A stretch of 62,548 bases of DNA, counting the filler. It is 6 parts of 6 records of this genome, joined end to end, with 100 filler letters (N's around TTAATTAATTAA, not from the genome) between each part and the next. Parts side by side here need not be neighbours in the genome. Positions count along the whole stretch, not along the records: positions 29,592 to 40,631 come from SRR31156797_29296; positions 40,732 to 50,572 come from SRR31156797_29299; 4 more parts are not named here. One strand, written 5' to 3'. Within the stretch, counting starts at the first letter, position 1, and every line of letters starts with the position of its first letter. Shown here in pieces: positions 38,303-47,954 of this stretch. The notes under the pieces are model-generated. The model had not been told where the DNA came from and made no database searches. It worked only from the letters and a program-made list of their open reading frames with translations. The position numbers and the translations under genes were made by a program.

Positions 38303-40018
38303 ATGAAAGATAACAGGCAACTGGGGGATATCCTCAGCCGAATCGACGGCAAGGGGTTTAAGGCGTATAAGGATATCAAGGGCAGGTACGGGTTTAAGGC
38401 TTTCAAACTTTTCATCGACCATGTCCAGGGCGACCCCTACTCCAACCCCAGCCGGATCCGGGTTCGGGTGGAGCGGGGACGGACCGGCTTCGGTCCGGAG
38501 CTCACATCAAACCATAGCCGGACCATGGCCTTTTGCGATTTTTTGACCCGTACGTTCTATCGCAACTGCCAGCGGTTTGCCAAACAGGAGCGGGGCATTG
38601 GCAAGAGCGGTCTTGTCACCATGGACCGTCCCCAACAGGAGATTCTCGAGCGAACCGCCATGGTTGTGACCCCGGAATATGTTGAGGCTCGGTTCTTCAT
38701 GGGGTTGCCCGCCTTTGGCCGGAAAATCTCCGCCCGCAACGCAAAGGCCATGTTTTTTGAAGAGGTTCCCAAGATCGTGGATTATTCGCTGTTCCTCTCC
38801 CGCCTTGATCGAAAGGCGATCCTTCGGCACATCGAGGTGTCGGAGGATGCGGACACCCTGAGGGGACAGCTGGATTCCCTGGGGCTGGTGGCCTTTGTGG
38901 CGGATGGCTCCCTTCTTCCCAGGGCCAGCGGAATCGATCCCCGTCCCTTGAAACGCGGCAACATTATCCCGTTTACCTCTCCTGAAAGCTTCAGGGTGAA
39001 GGTGAGCCTTCCCAACCGGGGGGAGGTCCAGGGCCTCGGCATTCCCAAGGGGGTGACCCTGATCCTGGGGGGCGGGTACCATGGAAAATCCACCCTGCTC
39101 AACGCCCTGGAGCTTGGCGTCTACAACCACGTTCCCGGGGACGGGCGGGAGCTGGCCGTGAGTTCGGCTGGGGCGGTGAAGATCCGGGCCGCCGACGGCA
39201 GGAATATCGAGAAAACCGATATTTCGCCCTTTATCAATAACCTGCCCTTTGGCAAGGATACCAAAGCGTTTTCCACGGCCAATGCCAGCGGCAGCACCTC
39301 CCAGGCCGCCGCCATTTCCGAAGCGGTGGAGGCGGGGGCGACCACGCTGCTCCTGGATGAGGACACCTGCGCAACCAACTTCATGGTTCGTGATGTGCTG
39401 ATGCAGCAGCTGGTGGCAAAGGAGAATGAACCCATCACCCCCTTTGTGGACCGGGTACAGCAGCTCCACCGGGAGCGGGGCGTTTCCACGGTGCTGGTGA
39501 TGGGCGGCTCCGGGGACTATTTTGCCGTTGCCGACCAGGTGATCCAGATGACCAATTATGAGCCCTCGGATGTGAGTGAACGGGCGCGCACCATCGTTGA
39601 GACCCATGATACCGGCCGCAGGAACGAGGGGGTGGGGGAACTGGGCGGAATCCGGCTCAGGATTCCCGTGAAGAAGAGCTTCAGCGCCTTTACCCGGGAG
39701 GGGCGGCAGCGGATAAAGAACCAGGGCGACCGGGCCATCGTGTTCGGCAATACCCTCATCGATCTCTGGGATCTGGAACAGATCGTCCACACTTCCCAGA
39801 CCCGGGCCATGGGCCGGGCCATCCTCCATGCCATGCAGTACATGGACGGGAAAAGAACCCTTGAACAGGTGATGAACCTGGTGGAACGGGACCTGGACGA
39901 AAAGGGGCTCGATATTCTCATGCCCTTTGTGGTGGGGGATCTTGCACGGTTTCGGCCCCTTGAGCTTGCCGCCGCCATCAACCGCATGAGAACCCTGACG
40001 GTTCGCCAGCTTGCCTGA
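38303..40018 (+). CDS. ABC-class ATPase of unknown function (ABC_ATPase/PF09818-like)
   Basis: HVQGDP, GGGYHGKST, ASGSTSQA, DEDTCATNF. ATG 38303 follows AAGGA (the track's longer start looks spurious). Confidence 0.88.
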   Translation: MKDNRQLGDILSRIDGKGFKAYKDIKGRYGFKAFKLFIDHVQGDPYSNPSRIRVRVERGRTGFGPELTSNHSRTMAFCDFLTRTFYRNCQRFAKQERGIGKSGLVTMDRPQQEILERTAMVVTPEYVEARFFMGLPAFGRKISARNAKAMFFEEVPKIVDYSLFLSRLDRKAILRHIEVSEDADTLRGQLDSLGLVAFVADGSLLPRASGIDPRPLKRGNIIPFTSPESFRVKVSLPNRGEVQGLGIPKGVTLILGGGYHGKSTLLNALELGVYNHVPGDGRELAVSSAGAVKIRAADGRNIEKTDISPFINNLPFGKDTKAFSTANASGSTSQAAAISEAVEAGATTLLLDEDTCATNFMVRDVLMQQLVAKENEPITPFVDRVQQLHRERGVSTVLVMGGSGDYFAVADQVIQMTNYEPSDVSERARTIVETHDTGRRNEGVGELGGIRLRIPVKKSFSAFTREGRQRIKNQGDRAIVFGNTLIDLWDLEQIVHTSQTRAMGRAILHAMQYMDGKRTLEQVMNLVERDLDEKGLDILMPFVVGDLARFRPLELAAAINRMRTLTVRQLA

Positions 40019-40091
40019 CCCGGCAGGTTTGACGCAACAGGATGATTCCCAGGCTTGAACTTTGCCCCCGGTTTGTTCCGGGAACAGGGGA

Positions 40092-40631
40092 TCAGGGGGC
40101 CAGGGCTTTTCTGATGAACTGCATGATGCCCCGGACCATCTTTTCGTCGTTTTCCAGGGCGTCTTCCCCTGCAAAAATCTTCATTCGCTCGGCAAAATAG
40201 TCGGAGGCATAGGCGTACTGGAGCATGACCACGAGGTTGTCGATGCAGAACGCCCCCACGAAAGGATCGATGGCGGGTGAGACAATGCCTTGCTCCTGGG
40301 CTTCCCTGATCAACCGGTGGTAGAGGCCGGCCGTGATTGTTTCAAGCTGGTTGGAGAGTTTGCGTGAGAGGTGGCTGAGCCCCTGGGAGGTGATGTCCAG
40401 ATAGATCTGGTTCAGCTCCATGTGGAGCCTTGCGTATTTCTGGACCGCCCGGATCAGGGTTTCGATTTTGTGGAAAATATCTCCCTCCTGGGCGACAACG
40501 GTGTTGACCACCTCTGCGATCACCTTGTAGCCCTGGTCGTTCACCGTGAGGAACAGGTCCTCCTTGGAGGAGAAGTAGTTGTACATGGAGCCGATGCTGA
40601 TGCCGGCCTTTTTGGCAATGACATTGATGTT
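40092..40631 (-). CDS. TetR/AcrR family regulator, 5' truncated by the gap
   Basis: Frame is open to the gap: NINVIAKKAGISIGSMYNYFSSKEDLF HTH. Confidence 0.9.
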   Translation of the reverse strand, partial: NINVIAKKAGISIGSMYNYFSSKEDLFLTVNDQGYKVIAEVVNTVVAQEGDIFHKIETLIRAVQKYARLHMELNQIYLDITSQGLSHLSRKLSNQLETITAGLYHRLIREAQEQGIVSPAIDPFVGAFCIDNLVVMLQYAYASDYFAERMKIFAGEDALENDEKMVRGIMQFIRKALAP

Positions 40632-40731
40632 NNNNNNNNNNNNNNNNNNNNNNNNNNNNNNNNNNNNNNNNNNNNTTAATTAATTAANNNNNNNNNNNNN
40701 NNNNNNNNNNNNNNNNNNNNNNNNNNNNNNN
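40632..40731. other. Artificial contig-joining spacer
   Basis: N44-TTAATTAATTAA-N44. Confidence 0.98.
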
Positions 40732-41644
40732 ATTTAACTAAAAAATGAAATCTATCTTTTTTATTTGTTTTACAATCATTATAACAATTTTTACCACCTT
40801 TGTTAAGTTTATCATAAAATAAGTCTGAAGGGTTAGCTTCTTTTTTAATTTTTTCTTGTAGTTTCGGTAATGAATCAAAAGTAATAATTTTACACAATAA
40901 ATAAAAATCTAAATTAGTTTTATTTACAATATCACAAGCTGGATTTAAAATTATAAAAAGTTCCTCCTCTTTTTTGATAATATCTCCTGTATGATAGTGT
41001 TGTTTAATTGGTGGTATTATATACATTTCTCCAGGATGATATTTATCGAAACTTCCAATATTTCCGTTGACATAAAGTTGTTCATTTAAGCAAGCAACAG
41101 TATGTCTTGAAAGAATTTTTTCAATATCAGTTTCATGTTCTATGGCAACATTATTCCATGAGGTCAAACTTTCTTGTAAGTATTCCCAATAGAATTTATT
41201 TATTTTTTGTTCTAAAAAGCCATTTCTTGAGAAGTATTTAAGTGTAGGTGAATGGTAGTTAGTTTTAATTATATCTAAAAGTTCTTGAGTTGTTTTATCT
41301 CCTCTTGCAATCAATGAAACTAAATTATTATCGTGATATTTTTCAGCTAATTTATGTGGTTCTCCTGATACAACTAGTATAGGAATACGAAAGCTTTTTA
41401 TTAATTCATCAATAACTATATTTCCATCATTATTACTTAAATCATTTTCTTCTCCTGATAGATTTAAATCTACTATTGCTGAATCTAACTTGTTGTATTC
41501 GATAAATTGATTTGCCTCATCTAAGTTTTTTGCAATATAATATTTAAATTCCATAGTAATTCTATTTATTCGTTCAATGGATTTCTCATAATTTACTATA
41601 GCACTATCATCATCTTCAATAATTAATAATTTAATGTTACCCAT
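40732..41644 (-). CDS. Receiver-domain protein with uncharacterised C-terminal domain, 3' truncated
   Basis: LLIIEDD, IVDLNL, VVSG REC motifs; C-terminal TGDII...ILNPACDIV...RFHFL. ATG 41644 follows GGAG and overlaps the kinase stop. Confidence 0.8.
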
Positions 41645-43847
41645 TTTGTTTCTCTCCATTTAATATAATTCTAAAAAAAGCTCCATTTTCAGATTTGATA
41701 CATTCTATTGTGCCATTGTTTCGACTTATTGCTTGACCTACAAGAGTTAAACCAATTCCTGTTCCACCTTCTGGTTTTTGACTAAATCCTGCATCAAATA
41801 TTTCATTTGCAAATTTTTCATTAATGCCAGGTCCATTATCTTTAAAATCTATAATAACTTTTTCATTTTTTCTATAACAATCAAATATAATTTGTTTTAA
41901 GTCTTGCTTTATTGTATTCAACCAGTAGATAGAGTTTTCTATAAGATTGGTATATATAATAAAAAAATCTTCCTCTCTTCCAAAGTAATTTAAGGTTTTA
42001 TCACTATTCACTATAGGAATAATATTACTTTCTTTAAATTGTGTATTGAAAAACTCTAAGTTTTTTTCAATATTTGAATGTAAATTAAATTCTTTTTTTC
42101 TAGATAATCTTTTAGCAGTCAAAGGATCTAGAGAAGCAAAAAGTTTTGATATTGTTTTTAAGTTTTCATGGTTATCTGATATTGATTTGAAAATATCATC
42201 TTTAATATTGTCATTATTGGTATTTTGTAAAAAATATTCGATATCCATTTTTAAGTTATTTAGATTATCTCCAATAAATTGTAAAGGTTTTCTTCCCTCA
42301 TGTATTACAAGTTGAACTAATCGACCGAGGGCGGCATGAGCTTCATACATTACTAAAGTATCTTGAATTTTCTTTAAATCTTTTTGTTTAGATTTTTCTT
42401 CATCTTTTAATGTATCTTCAACTTTTAGAATTAAAGCATTATCTAAGCCTTTACTTTCAAGAAAACTACGTATTTTGTAAGAGACTGAATCGAAATTAAA
42501 TAAATCTTTTATTGCTTCTTTTATATTATTCTCAGCCTTTCTACCTCTCTTAGTATTCTTTCTAAAAATATATCTTCTTGATTCAACTTCAGAAATAGCT
42601 TTTAGTACAACATCTTTTAATCTTTCATAATTATTATTTTCTTTTAATCCTTCTCGTGCACTTTTTTCTACTAATCCTGAGATGTCTTCTGATTCTATAT
42701 TAATAAAACCTATTACTTGGTTTGTACTAAATCTGTATGTTGGGTTATTAACTCTTTTTTGATTCAACATTAACCAGTCATAATCAGGATCGCCGTATGG
42801 TCTTATTCTAAATAAGTTTCTATAAACTCCAATTCCTATAAAATCTTTTAATAAACTTCTTGCTTCATTTTTGCCAAGGTAATCTCCTGTAGTAGGGTCT
42901 TTTAATCCTCTATTAATAAGGGCTTGAATTGCGTCGGGTTCCAAATCAAAAAATCTTAAATCAATTTCAACAGTTCCACAGTGTTTTTTATCTGTAAGGA
43001 TTAAATCGATTTCAACTTTTTCATTGGATTCTTTATAGTTTTGATTTTCATAATATAATGTTGCTTTACCATCTTTTGATATTTTTCCAGAAATTCTATA
43101 GTCATATAAATTTATTAGTGGGAAAGGTTCTATTTCAATATTTAAATCATCAATACCAAATGTTTTTAAATCTTTATATATTAAATTAATGGTGAATATG
43201 TCTTTTTTCTCTTTTTCTAATGGAGACAAAAGGTTTCTGAGTTCTTTTAATAAGTTTTTAGAATCATTGGGTGTCCATATTATTTCTTTAATATTTTCTT
43301 CAGATATTTTTACTTTTGAATATATTTCTATTGTTGTTCCTGGAGATAAATTTGTTTTTTCATTTTCATAAGGTATATTTATTTCATCTAAATATTTTAC
43401 TTTATCATCAATATTTTCAAAAGTACTCCAGTCAATTTCAATAAGAGTGGTTTCTCCAAGTTTATCAGTTGTCTCAATTCTTAAATAATCACCTAAAATA
43501 GCAGAAGCATATCTTCCTATACCTTTTCTCCCTTGTAAAGGACGTTTTTTCATAGATGAATATTGTTTATTTAATTTATGGGAAGTGGCTGGAACCATCC
43601 ATGCTTTTTTAATAGTTTCAAGAGACATCCCTTCCCCACTATCTTTTATCGTAAATTTAATAAACTCTTCTTCTTGATTAAATATATTTGCAGTTTCATA
43701 TGATATAAGAATATCAACATTTTCGGAATCAGCATCATAGGCATTTTTTACTAATTCAATTACAGCTGCGTAGTAATCTTTGATTAAATCTTCGCCAATT
43801 GTTCGAATTAATCTGGCTTCAGGTCTTATGCTTAATGTGTCATTCAT
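41637..43847 (-). CDS. GHKL (MutL/MORC-like) ATPase fused to a C-terminal histidine kinase
   Basis: N-terminal ELVKNAYDA, DSGEGM, GRKGIGR; C-terminal HEGRKP, NLIENS, DNGPGI, GTGIGL; no TM sensor. Confidence 0.88.
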   Translation of the reverse strand: MNDTLSIRPEARLIRTIGEDLIKDYYAAVIELVKNAYDADSENVDILISYETANIFNQEEEFIKFTIKDSGEGMSLETIKKAWMVPATSHKLNKQYSSMKKRPLQGRKGIGRYASAILGDYLRIETTDKLGETTLIEIDWSTFENIDDKVKYLDEINIPYENEKTNLSPGTTIEIYSKVKISEENIKEIIWTPNDSKNLLKELRNLLSPLEKEKKDIFTINLIYKDLKTFGIDDLNIEIEPFPLINLYDYRISGKISKDGKATLYYENQNYKESNEKVEIDLILTDKKHCGTVEIDLRFFDLEPDAIQALINRGLKDPTTGDYLGKNEARSLLKDFIGIGVYRNLFRIRPYGDPDYDWLMLNQKRVNNPTYRFSTNQVIGFINIESEDISGLVEKSAREGLKENNNYERLKDVVLKAISEVESRRYIFRKNTKRGRKAENNIKEAIKDLFNFDSVSYKIRSFLESKGLDNALILKVEDTLKDEEKSKQKDLKKIQDTLVMYEAHAALGRLVQLVIHEGRKPLQFIGDNLNNLKMDIEYFLQNTNNDNIKDDIFKSISDNHENLKTISKLFASLDPLTAKRLSRKKEFNLHSNIEKNLEFFNTQFKESNIIPIVNSDKTLNYFGREEDFFIIYTNLIENSIYWLNTIKQDLKQIIFDCYRKNEKVIIDFKDNGPGINEKFANEIFDAGFSQKPEGGTGIGLTLVGQAISRNNGTIECIKSENGAFFRIILNGEKQNG

Positions 43848-43948
43848 TATTTCTCTTTTCTATATAGTATTAAATATAAGTAAATTATTTGGAAACTATT
43901 ATACAACAGAAGTGTCAAAAAAGTTGTCACATTAAGTACAGATTAAGT

Positions 43949-44200
43949 TTACCTGTTAAAAAAGTCCTTAATATCAACTTCTAAAACTTTAGCTATTTTA
44001 TAAAGTTGTTCAATATTATAATGTTTATTTTCTAACCCAGCTTCAATTTTACCTATAGTGCTAACTGATTTATGACCAATACTAAGTGCTAAATCAGTTT
44101 GTGTGATACCTTTTTTTTGGCGAAATTTTTTTACATTGTTAGCAATTTTTCTATGAAATATATCTATCTCTTCTGTATCAATTTCTGTGTATAACTGCAT
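43949..44200 (-). CDS. XRE-family HTH regulator (controller-like)
   Basis: NVKKFRQKKGITQTDLA..IG....IGKIE...NIEQLYKIAKVLEV. Confidence 0.9.
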   Translation of the reverse strand: MQLYTEIDTEEIDIFHRKIANNVKKFRQKKGITQTDLALSIGHKSVSTIGKIEAGLENKHYNIEQLYKIAKVLEVDIKDFFNR

Positions 44201-44203
44201 ATT

Positions 44204-44271
44204 TTCCCTATGGTGAAATATTTTATTAAGTATATATCAGTTAGAATATTTTTAATATTCCCTATAGTGAA
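44204..44271. promoter_or_regulatory. Two copies of the near-palindromic operator TTCCCTATRGTGAA
   Basis: TTCCCTATGGTGAA (44204-44217, abutting the XRE start) and TTCCCTATAGTGAA (44258-44271, before the divergent RBS). Confidence 0.75.
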
Positions 44272-44289
44272 TTAAAAAGGCAATAAACA

Positions 44290-44508
44290 ATGACCCAAAA
44301 AAACCTAAAACCCCTAAAAGAAAAAATAGAAAAACACTACGATCATCTCCATAAAAAATATCCCTTGACAAGACTTATCCTAGGGTCTATTGAGACACTT
44401 TTAAAGATAGATGCTACAGATGATCTTGTACGTTCTTGGTACAGTAGTAGTATGATTTGCATAAGGGAGATTGAAAAAGAGATTCGAGAGCTTGAGAGTG
44501 ATAAGTGA
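44290..44508 (+). CDS. Small hypothetical helical protein (paralogue 1)
   Basis: AAGG RBS; shares L.SI..L....A..D.V..W......I.EI with the next ORF. Confidence 0.65.
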   Translation: MTQKNLKPLKEKIEKHYDHLHKKYPLTRLILGSIETLLKIDATDDLVRSWYSSSMICIREIEKEIRELESDK

Positions 44509-44509
44509 T

Positions 44510-44737
44510 ATGAGCATAGAAGAGTTAAAAGAGTTAAAAACTAGGATAATGAACAATAAGAGCTATCTTCAAAAGCAGGTTTTGTATAGTGGGATTCTAT
44601 TGGATAGTATTGATATGCTTATATCAAATGAAGCTAATGAAGATATAGTATCTCTTTGGTTTGAAAAAGTTGAAAGAGAGATCGAAGAGATCATAGAGGT
44701 TCTTGATATCATTGAAAACTATCAAGCAAGACAATAA
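44510..44737 (+). CDS. Small hypothetical helical protein (paralogue 2)
   Basis: ATG 1 nt after the previous stop; similarity to the preceding ORF. Confidence 0.65.
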   Translation: MSIEELKELKTRIMNNKSYLQKQVLYSGILLDSIDMLISNEANEDIVSLWFEKVEREIEEIIEVLDIIENYQARQ

Positions 44738-44838
44738 GCCATATATTAAAAAATAATTAAATCTACAATATAAAACAACTTACCTCCCATATTCTAATTT
44801 ATCTATCAGTATCCTTTTATATACAATACAAGGAGCAG

Positions 44839-45525
44839 ATGATGAGAACTCTTCTAATAGCTATGTTTACAGCAACTATACTTTTTGCAATAAACCCAGA
44901 AAAACTACCCACAGTAGGGATCAAAGTCTCCCACTTTGATGGGAAAACTACACAAAACTATCTTATAGAAAGAGAAGTGCCAAAAGAGTGTATCAATATC
45001 CCTATCAATGAAGTAAACATCTGGGGAGAAGAGAAGCCAAATATCTCTACTAAGTGTAAAGAGAGCTTTATCGTCACAGGCGGGCATATCCAGCCTATGA
45101 GTATCCATAAAGATGTCAAGACTGTAGGTGAGATAGAGGTGTTGGATTTTATTCGTCAAAAGGTGCTAAAAGATCCTGAAAAGTATATCTTGGTGGATTC
45201 TAGAAAAGAGAGCTGGTACAAACAGATGACGATCCCTACAGCGATCAATATACCTTATACTGATCTAGAGTATGATGAGGACTTAGCTGAGTTTTATTAT
45301 GATGCTCTAAAAAAGCTTGGGATCAAAAAAACTAAAAGTGGCTATGATCTCTCAAAAGCAAAGACGATGATCATGTTTTGCAATGGTGCATGGTGTGGAC
45401 AGTCTCCAAAAGCTATAAAAGAGTTACTCTCTATAGGATATCCAGCAGATAAAATCATGTGGTATAGAGGTGGTATGCAAGGATGGATAGGAGTAGGGCT
45501 TACGACTACAAATGCAGAGTTATAG
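44839..45525 (+). CDS. Periplasmic rhodanese-like sulfurtransferase
   Basis: Signal peptide; LVDSR, TIPTAINIP, FCNGAWCGQS, WYRGGMQGW. Confidence 0.88.
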   Translation: MMRTLLIAMFTATILFAINPEKLPTVGIKVSHFDGKTTQNYLIEREVPKECINIPINEVNIWGEEKPNISTKCKESFIVTGGHIQPMSIHKDVKTVGEIEVLDFIRQKVLKDPEKYILVDSRKESWYKQMTIPTAINIPYTDLEYDEDLAEFYYDALKKLGIKKTKSGYDLSKAKTMIMFCNGAWCGQSPKAIKELLSIGYPADKIMWYRGGMQGWIGVGLTTTNAEL

Positions 45526-45615
45526 GAAATAGTAATCAGTTGTATAAATATCAATTTACAGAATTTTATAAATGGATATGATATACTTTAAAATATTGCT
45601 TCTAGGAGAGTAGTT

Positions 45616-45915
45616 ATGTCACAACAACTCAATAAAACAAATATCTTAAATTATTTAAAAGAGCATGACTCTGAATTTAGAGAAAAATACCAAGTAGAGA
45701 AGATAGGTTTATTTGGAAGTTATGCAAAAGATACCGCGACAGCTGATAGTGATATAGATATATTTGTGAAAATGAAGCCATCTCTTTTTGATATGGTAGC
45801 TATGAAAGAACAAATTGAACATGATCTAAATAAAAAAGTAGATCTTATTAGAGAGCATAAAAATATCAAACCTCTATTTTTACAAATGATCCAAAAAGAT
45901 ATAATATATGTATAG
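45616..45915 (+). CDS. Minimal nucleotidyltransferase (MNT) antitoxin
   Basis: GSYAKDTATADSDID (GSx10DxD). Confidence 0.9.
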   Translation: MSQQLNKTNILNYLKEHDSEFREKYQVEKIGLFGSYAKDTATADSDIDIFVKMKPSLFDMVAMKEQIEHDLNKKVDLIREHKNIKPLFLQMIQKDIIYV

Positions 45916-46297
45916 CGATGAACAAAAGTTAATGCTTTTATCAACTCTTGAAGATATTCGATTTTCTATTGAACTTATTCAAAGGAGATCTGAAAATATC
46001 AATTCCAGTGAAGATTTTTTAAAAGATGATGAAGGACTTGATAAATTAGATGGTATCTCTATGCGATTAGTAGCTATTGGAGAGGGGTTTAAAAATATTG
46101 ATAAAATAACTAAAAATGAGTTACTCATAAATTATCCTGAGATTCCATGGAAAGATGTAAAAGGTGTGAGAGATATACTTTCCCATCACTATTTTCATCT
46201 AGATTCAGAAGTGATTTTTGAGATATGTAAAAATGATATAGATAAATTATTAAAAACTACAATAGACATTATTAATTATATATCAACTTCCTCGTAG
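45908..46297 (+). CDS. HEPN (HepT/DUF86-like) RNase toxin
   Basis: IGE...YPEIPW..VKGVRDILSHHY (Rx4HxY); overlaps the MNT gene. Confidence 0.9.
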   Translation: MYSDEQKLMLLSTLEDIRFSIELIQRRSENINSSEDFLKDDEGLDKLDGISMRLVAIGEGFKNIDKITKNELLINYPEIPWKDVKGVRDILSHHYFHLDSEVIFEICKNDIDKLLKTTIDIINYISTSS

Positions 46298-47617
46298 TCT
46301 TTTTACAAAATCATTTTGCAAGATCTTATTAGGATCTTCCTTATCCACATACTCCCAAAACTGATCCCATTTTGGATATACTTTTTTAAAATCCTCTGTT
46401 GAGATTCTAAATTGTTTTCCCCAGTGTGGTCGTCCGTTATATTTGGCTAGGATCTCATCTATAGTAGTAAAGTAGTTTTGATATTCTGGTTTTCTTCCAT
46501 ATGGAAAATGTATCTTTGTCCCTATCCAGCAAGAGTCTGTATCTCCTGTAGGACTCATCCAGTAGCTATCACCTTTTACAAATCGCACTTCGATAGGGGT
46601 ATCGACGTAGATATTTTTCTCTTTGATAGTTTCTATCACTTCTCTAAATACTTTAAAAGTATCTTTCATATCAAAAGCGTATTCGACCACATCTTGTTTC
46701 AGTAGATGAGGTAAGAAAAATGCCCAGTATGAGTTCCATACTGTTTTGCTTGTCTTTTTAGGTAAAAGTATCTTTGTCATAAGTTTATTGATCTTTGGTA
46801 CAAGTGATCTTTTAAATGATGCAAAAAAGAGTAAAAACTCATGAAAGATATTGTTGATAAGTACACCTGTGACAAAGTAGCTCATAAACTTCTTCCATAG
46901 GCTTTCCTCTTTTTTGTCACATCTATTTCCAAGCCATACCATAAATTTATTGGTATGGGGTATCCAGATAAATTTGAAGTGATCATTTTCTTTTAGTAGT
47001 TCATCGAAGTTATCTTCGATATCATCTAAGTTCATCACCTTTTCAGTTACTTCCATATTAAATGATCTCTCACATTGAAGTGTGATTTGAGAAATGATCC
47101 CAAGGACTCCAAGACCTACTGCGTAGATATTAAACTCCTCATCACTATTTTTGATGATCTTTTTCTCTCCTGTTGGAGTGATGATCGTAAACTCTTTGAC
47201 AAAGGAGCTAAATATCTTATACTCGATCCCGCTTCCATGATACCCTGTAGAGCAAGCTCCTGCAACTGCATCAAAGATATTGGTTCCTAGATTTGAAAGG
47301 GTGAGGTTGTATTTTTTGAGCTGTTTTATAAGATCAGGGATCATCATCCCACCCTCAAAAGTAGCTGTGGCATTTTCTTTATCTACATCAAGGAGTTTAT
47401 TAAACCTTTCAAGACTCACTAAAAAGCCATATTCCCCAGGACAAAAGATATCATTGTAGCTATCTCCACCACCTACTACTTTTAGAGGGGTTTGGTATTT
47501 GTTACAATACTTTACAAGGTGGATGATCTCCTCTTCTGATTCAAGGTAAAGGATATCCTTTGGTTTTGATTCGTATGTTTTGGCCCAGTTTTGTGTGATT
47601 TTTCTATTTATTCTCAT
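46283..47617 (-). CDS. FAD-linked sugar 1,4-lactone oxidase family protein (ALO/GULO-like)
   Basis: NWA, VVGGGDS, GACSTGYHGSG, GLGVLGII, PIEVRF, RPHWGK. Real start is probably ATG 47617; the longer track ORF runs into ccdA. Confidence 0.85.
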   Translation of the reverse strand: MRINRKITQNWAKTYESKPKDILYLESEEEIIHLVKYCNKYQTPLKVVGGGDSYNDIFCPGEYGFLVSLERFNKLLDVDKENATATFEGGMMIPDLIKQLKKYNLTLSNLGTNIFDAVAGACSTGYHGSGIEYKIFSSFVKEFTIITPTGEKKIIKNSDEEFNIYAVGLGVLGIISQITLQCERSFNMEVTEKVMNLDDIEDNFDELLKENDHFKFIWIPHTNKFMVWLGNRCDKKEESLWKKFMSYFVTGVLINNIFHEFLLFFASFKRSLVPKINKLMTKILLPKKTSKTVWNSYWAFFLPHLLKQDVVEYAFDMKDTFKVFREVIETIKEKNIYVDTPIEVRFVKGDSYWMSPTGDTDSCWIGTKIHFPYGRKPEYQNYFTTIDEILAKYNGRPHWGKQFRISTEDFKKVYPKWDQFWEYVDKEDPNKILQNDFVKRLRGS

Positions 47618-47669
47618 AAAGCAAAGTGTACAGTTTTGAAGATTAAGAAACAAGTAATAGGTAAAACTA

Positions 47670-47696
47670 TATAATATGTGCATATGATATGCGTAT
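47670..47696 (+). promoter_or_regulatory. -10 box and palindromic operator of ccdAB
   Basis: TATAAT (47670) followed by the imperfect palindrome ATGTGCATAT-G-ATATGCGTAT. Confidence 0.55.
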
Positions 47697-47714
47697 AAAG
47701 GATAAATTACAACG

Positions 47715-47954
47715 ATGTTATACGATACAAAAGCAAAGAAAAAACCTACAAATCTTAGTGTAAACTCCGATCTTTTACGACAAGCAAAAGAGTATAATAT
47801 CAATCTATCCAGTACTCTTGAAGAAACTTTAAAAGAAAAAGTAAGAGCTGAAAAAATCAAAAGATGGCAAGAGGAAAATAAAGAGTTTATTGAGGCTTAC
47901 AATAAAAGAATAGAAGAAGATGGTGTTTTTGGTGAAGAGTTTAGGAGTTTTTAA
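47715..47954 (+). CDS. ccdA: CcdA-family antitoxin
   Basis: KKPTNLSVNSDLL..AK...INLS...W.EEN...I.AYN...G.F....RSF. Confidence 0.9.
   Translation: MLYDTKAKKKPTNLSVNSDLLRQAKEYNINLSSTLEETLKEKVRAEKIKRWQEENKEFIEAYNKRIEEDGVFGEEFRSF

Noticed and set aside
38507-40174. 555-aa minus-strand ORF
   Set aside because: Antisense to the ABC-class ATPase; no domain motifs, shadow-like composition.
47618-47860. 81-aa N-terminal extension of the lactone oxidase overlapping ccdA
   Set aside because: Family similarity begins at NWA just after ATG 47617; the extension covers the ccdAB promoter and antisense ccdA.
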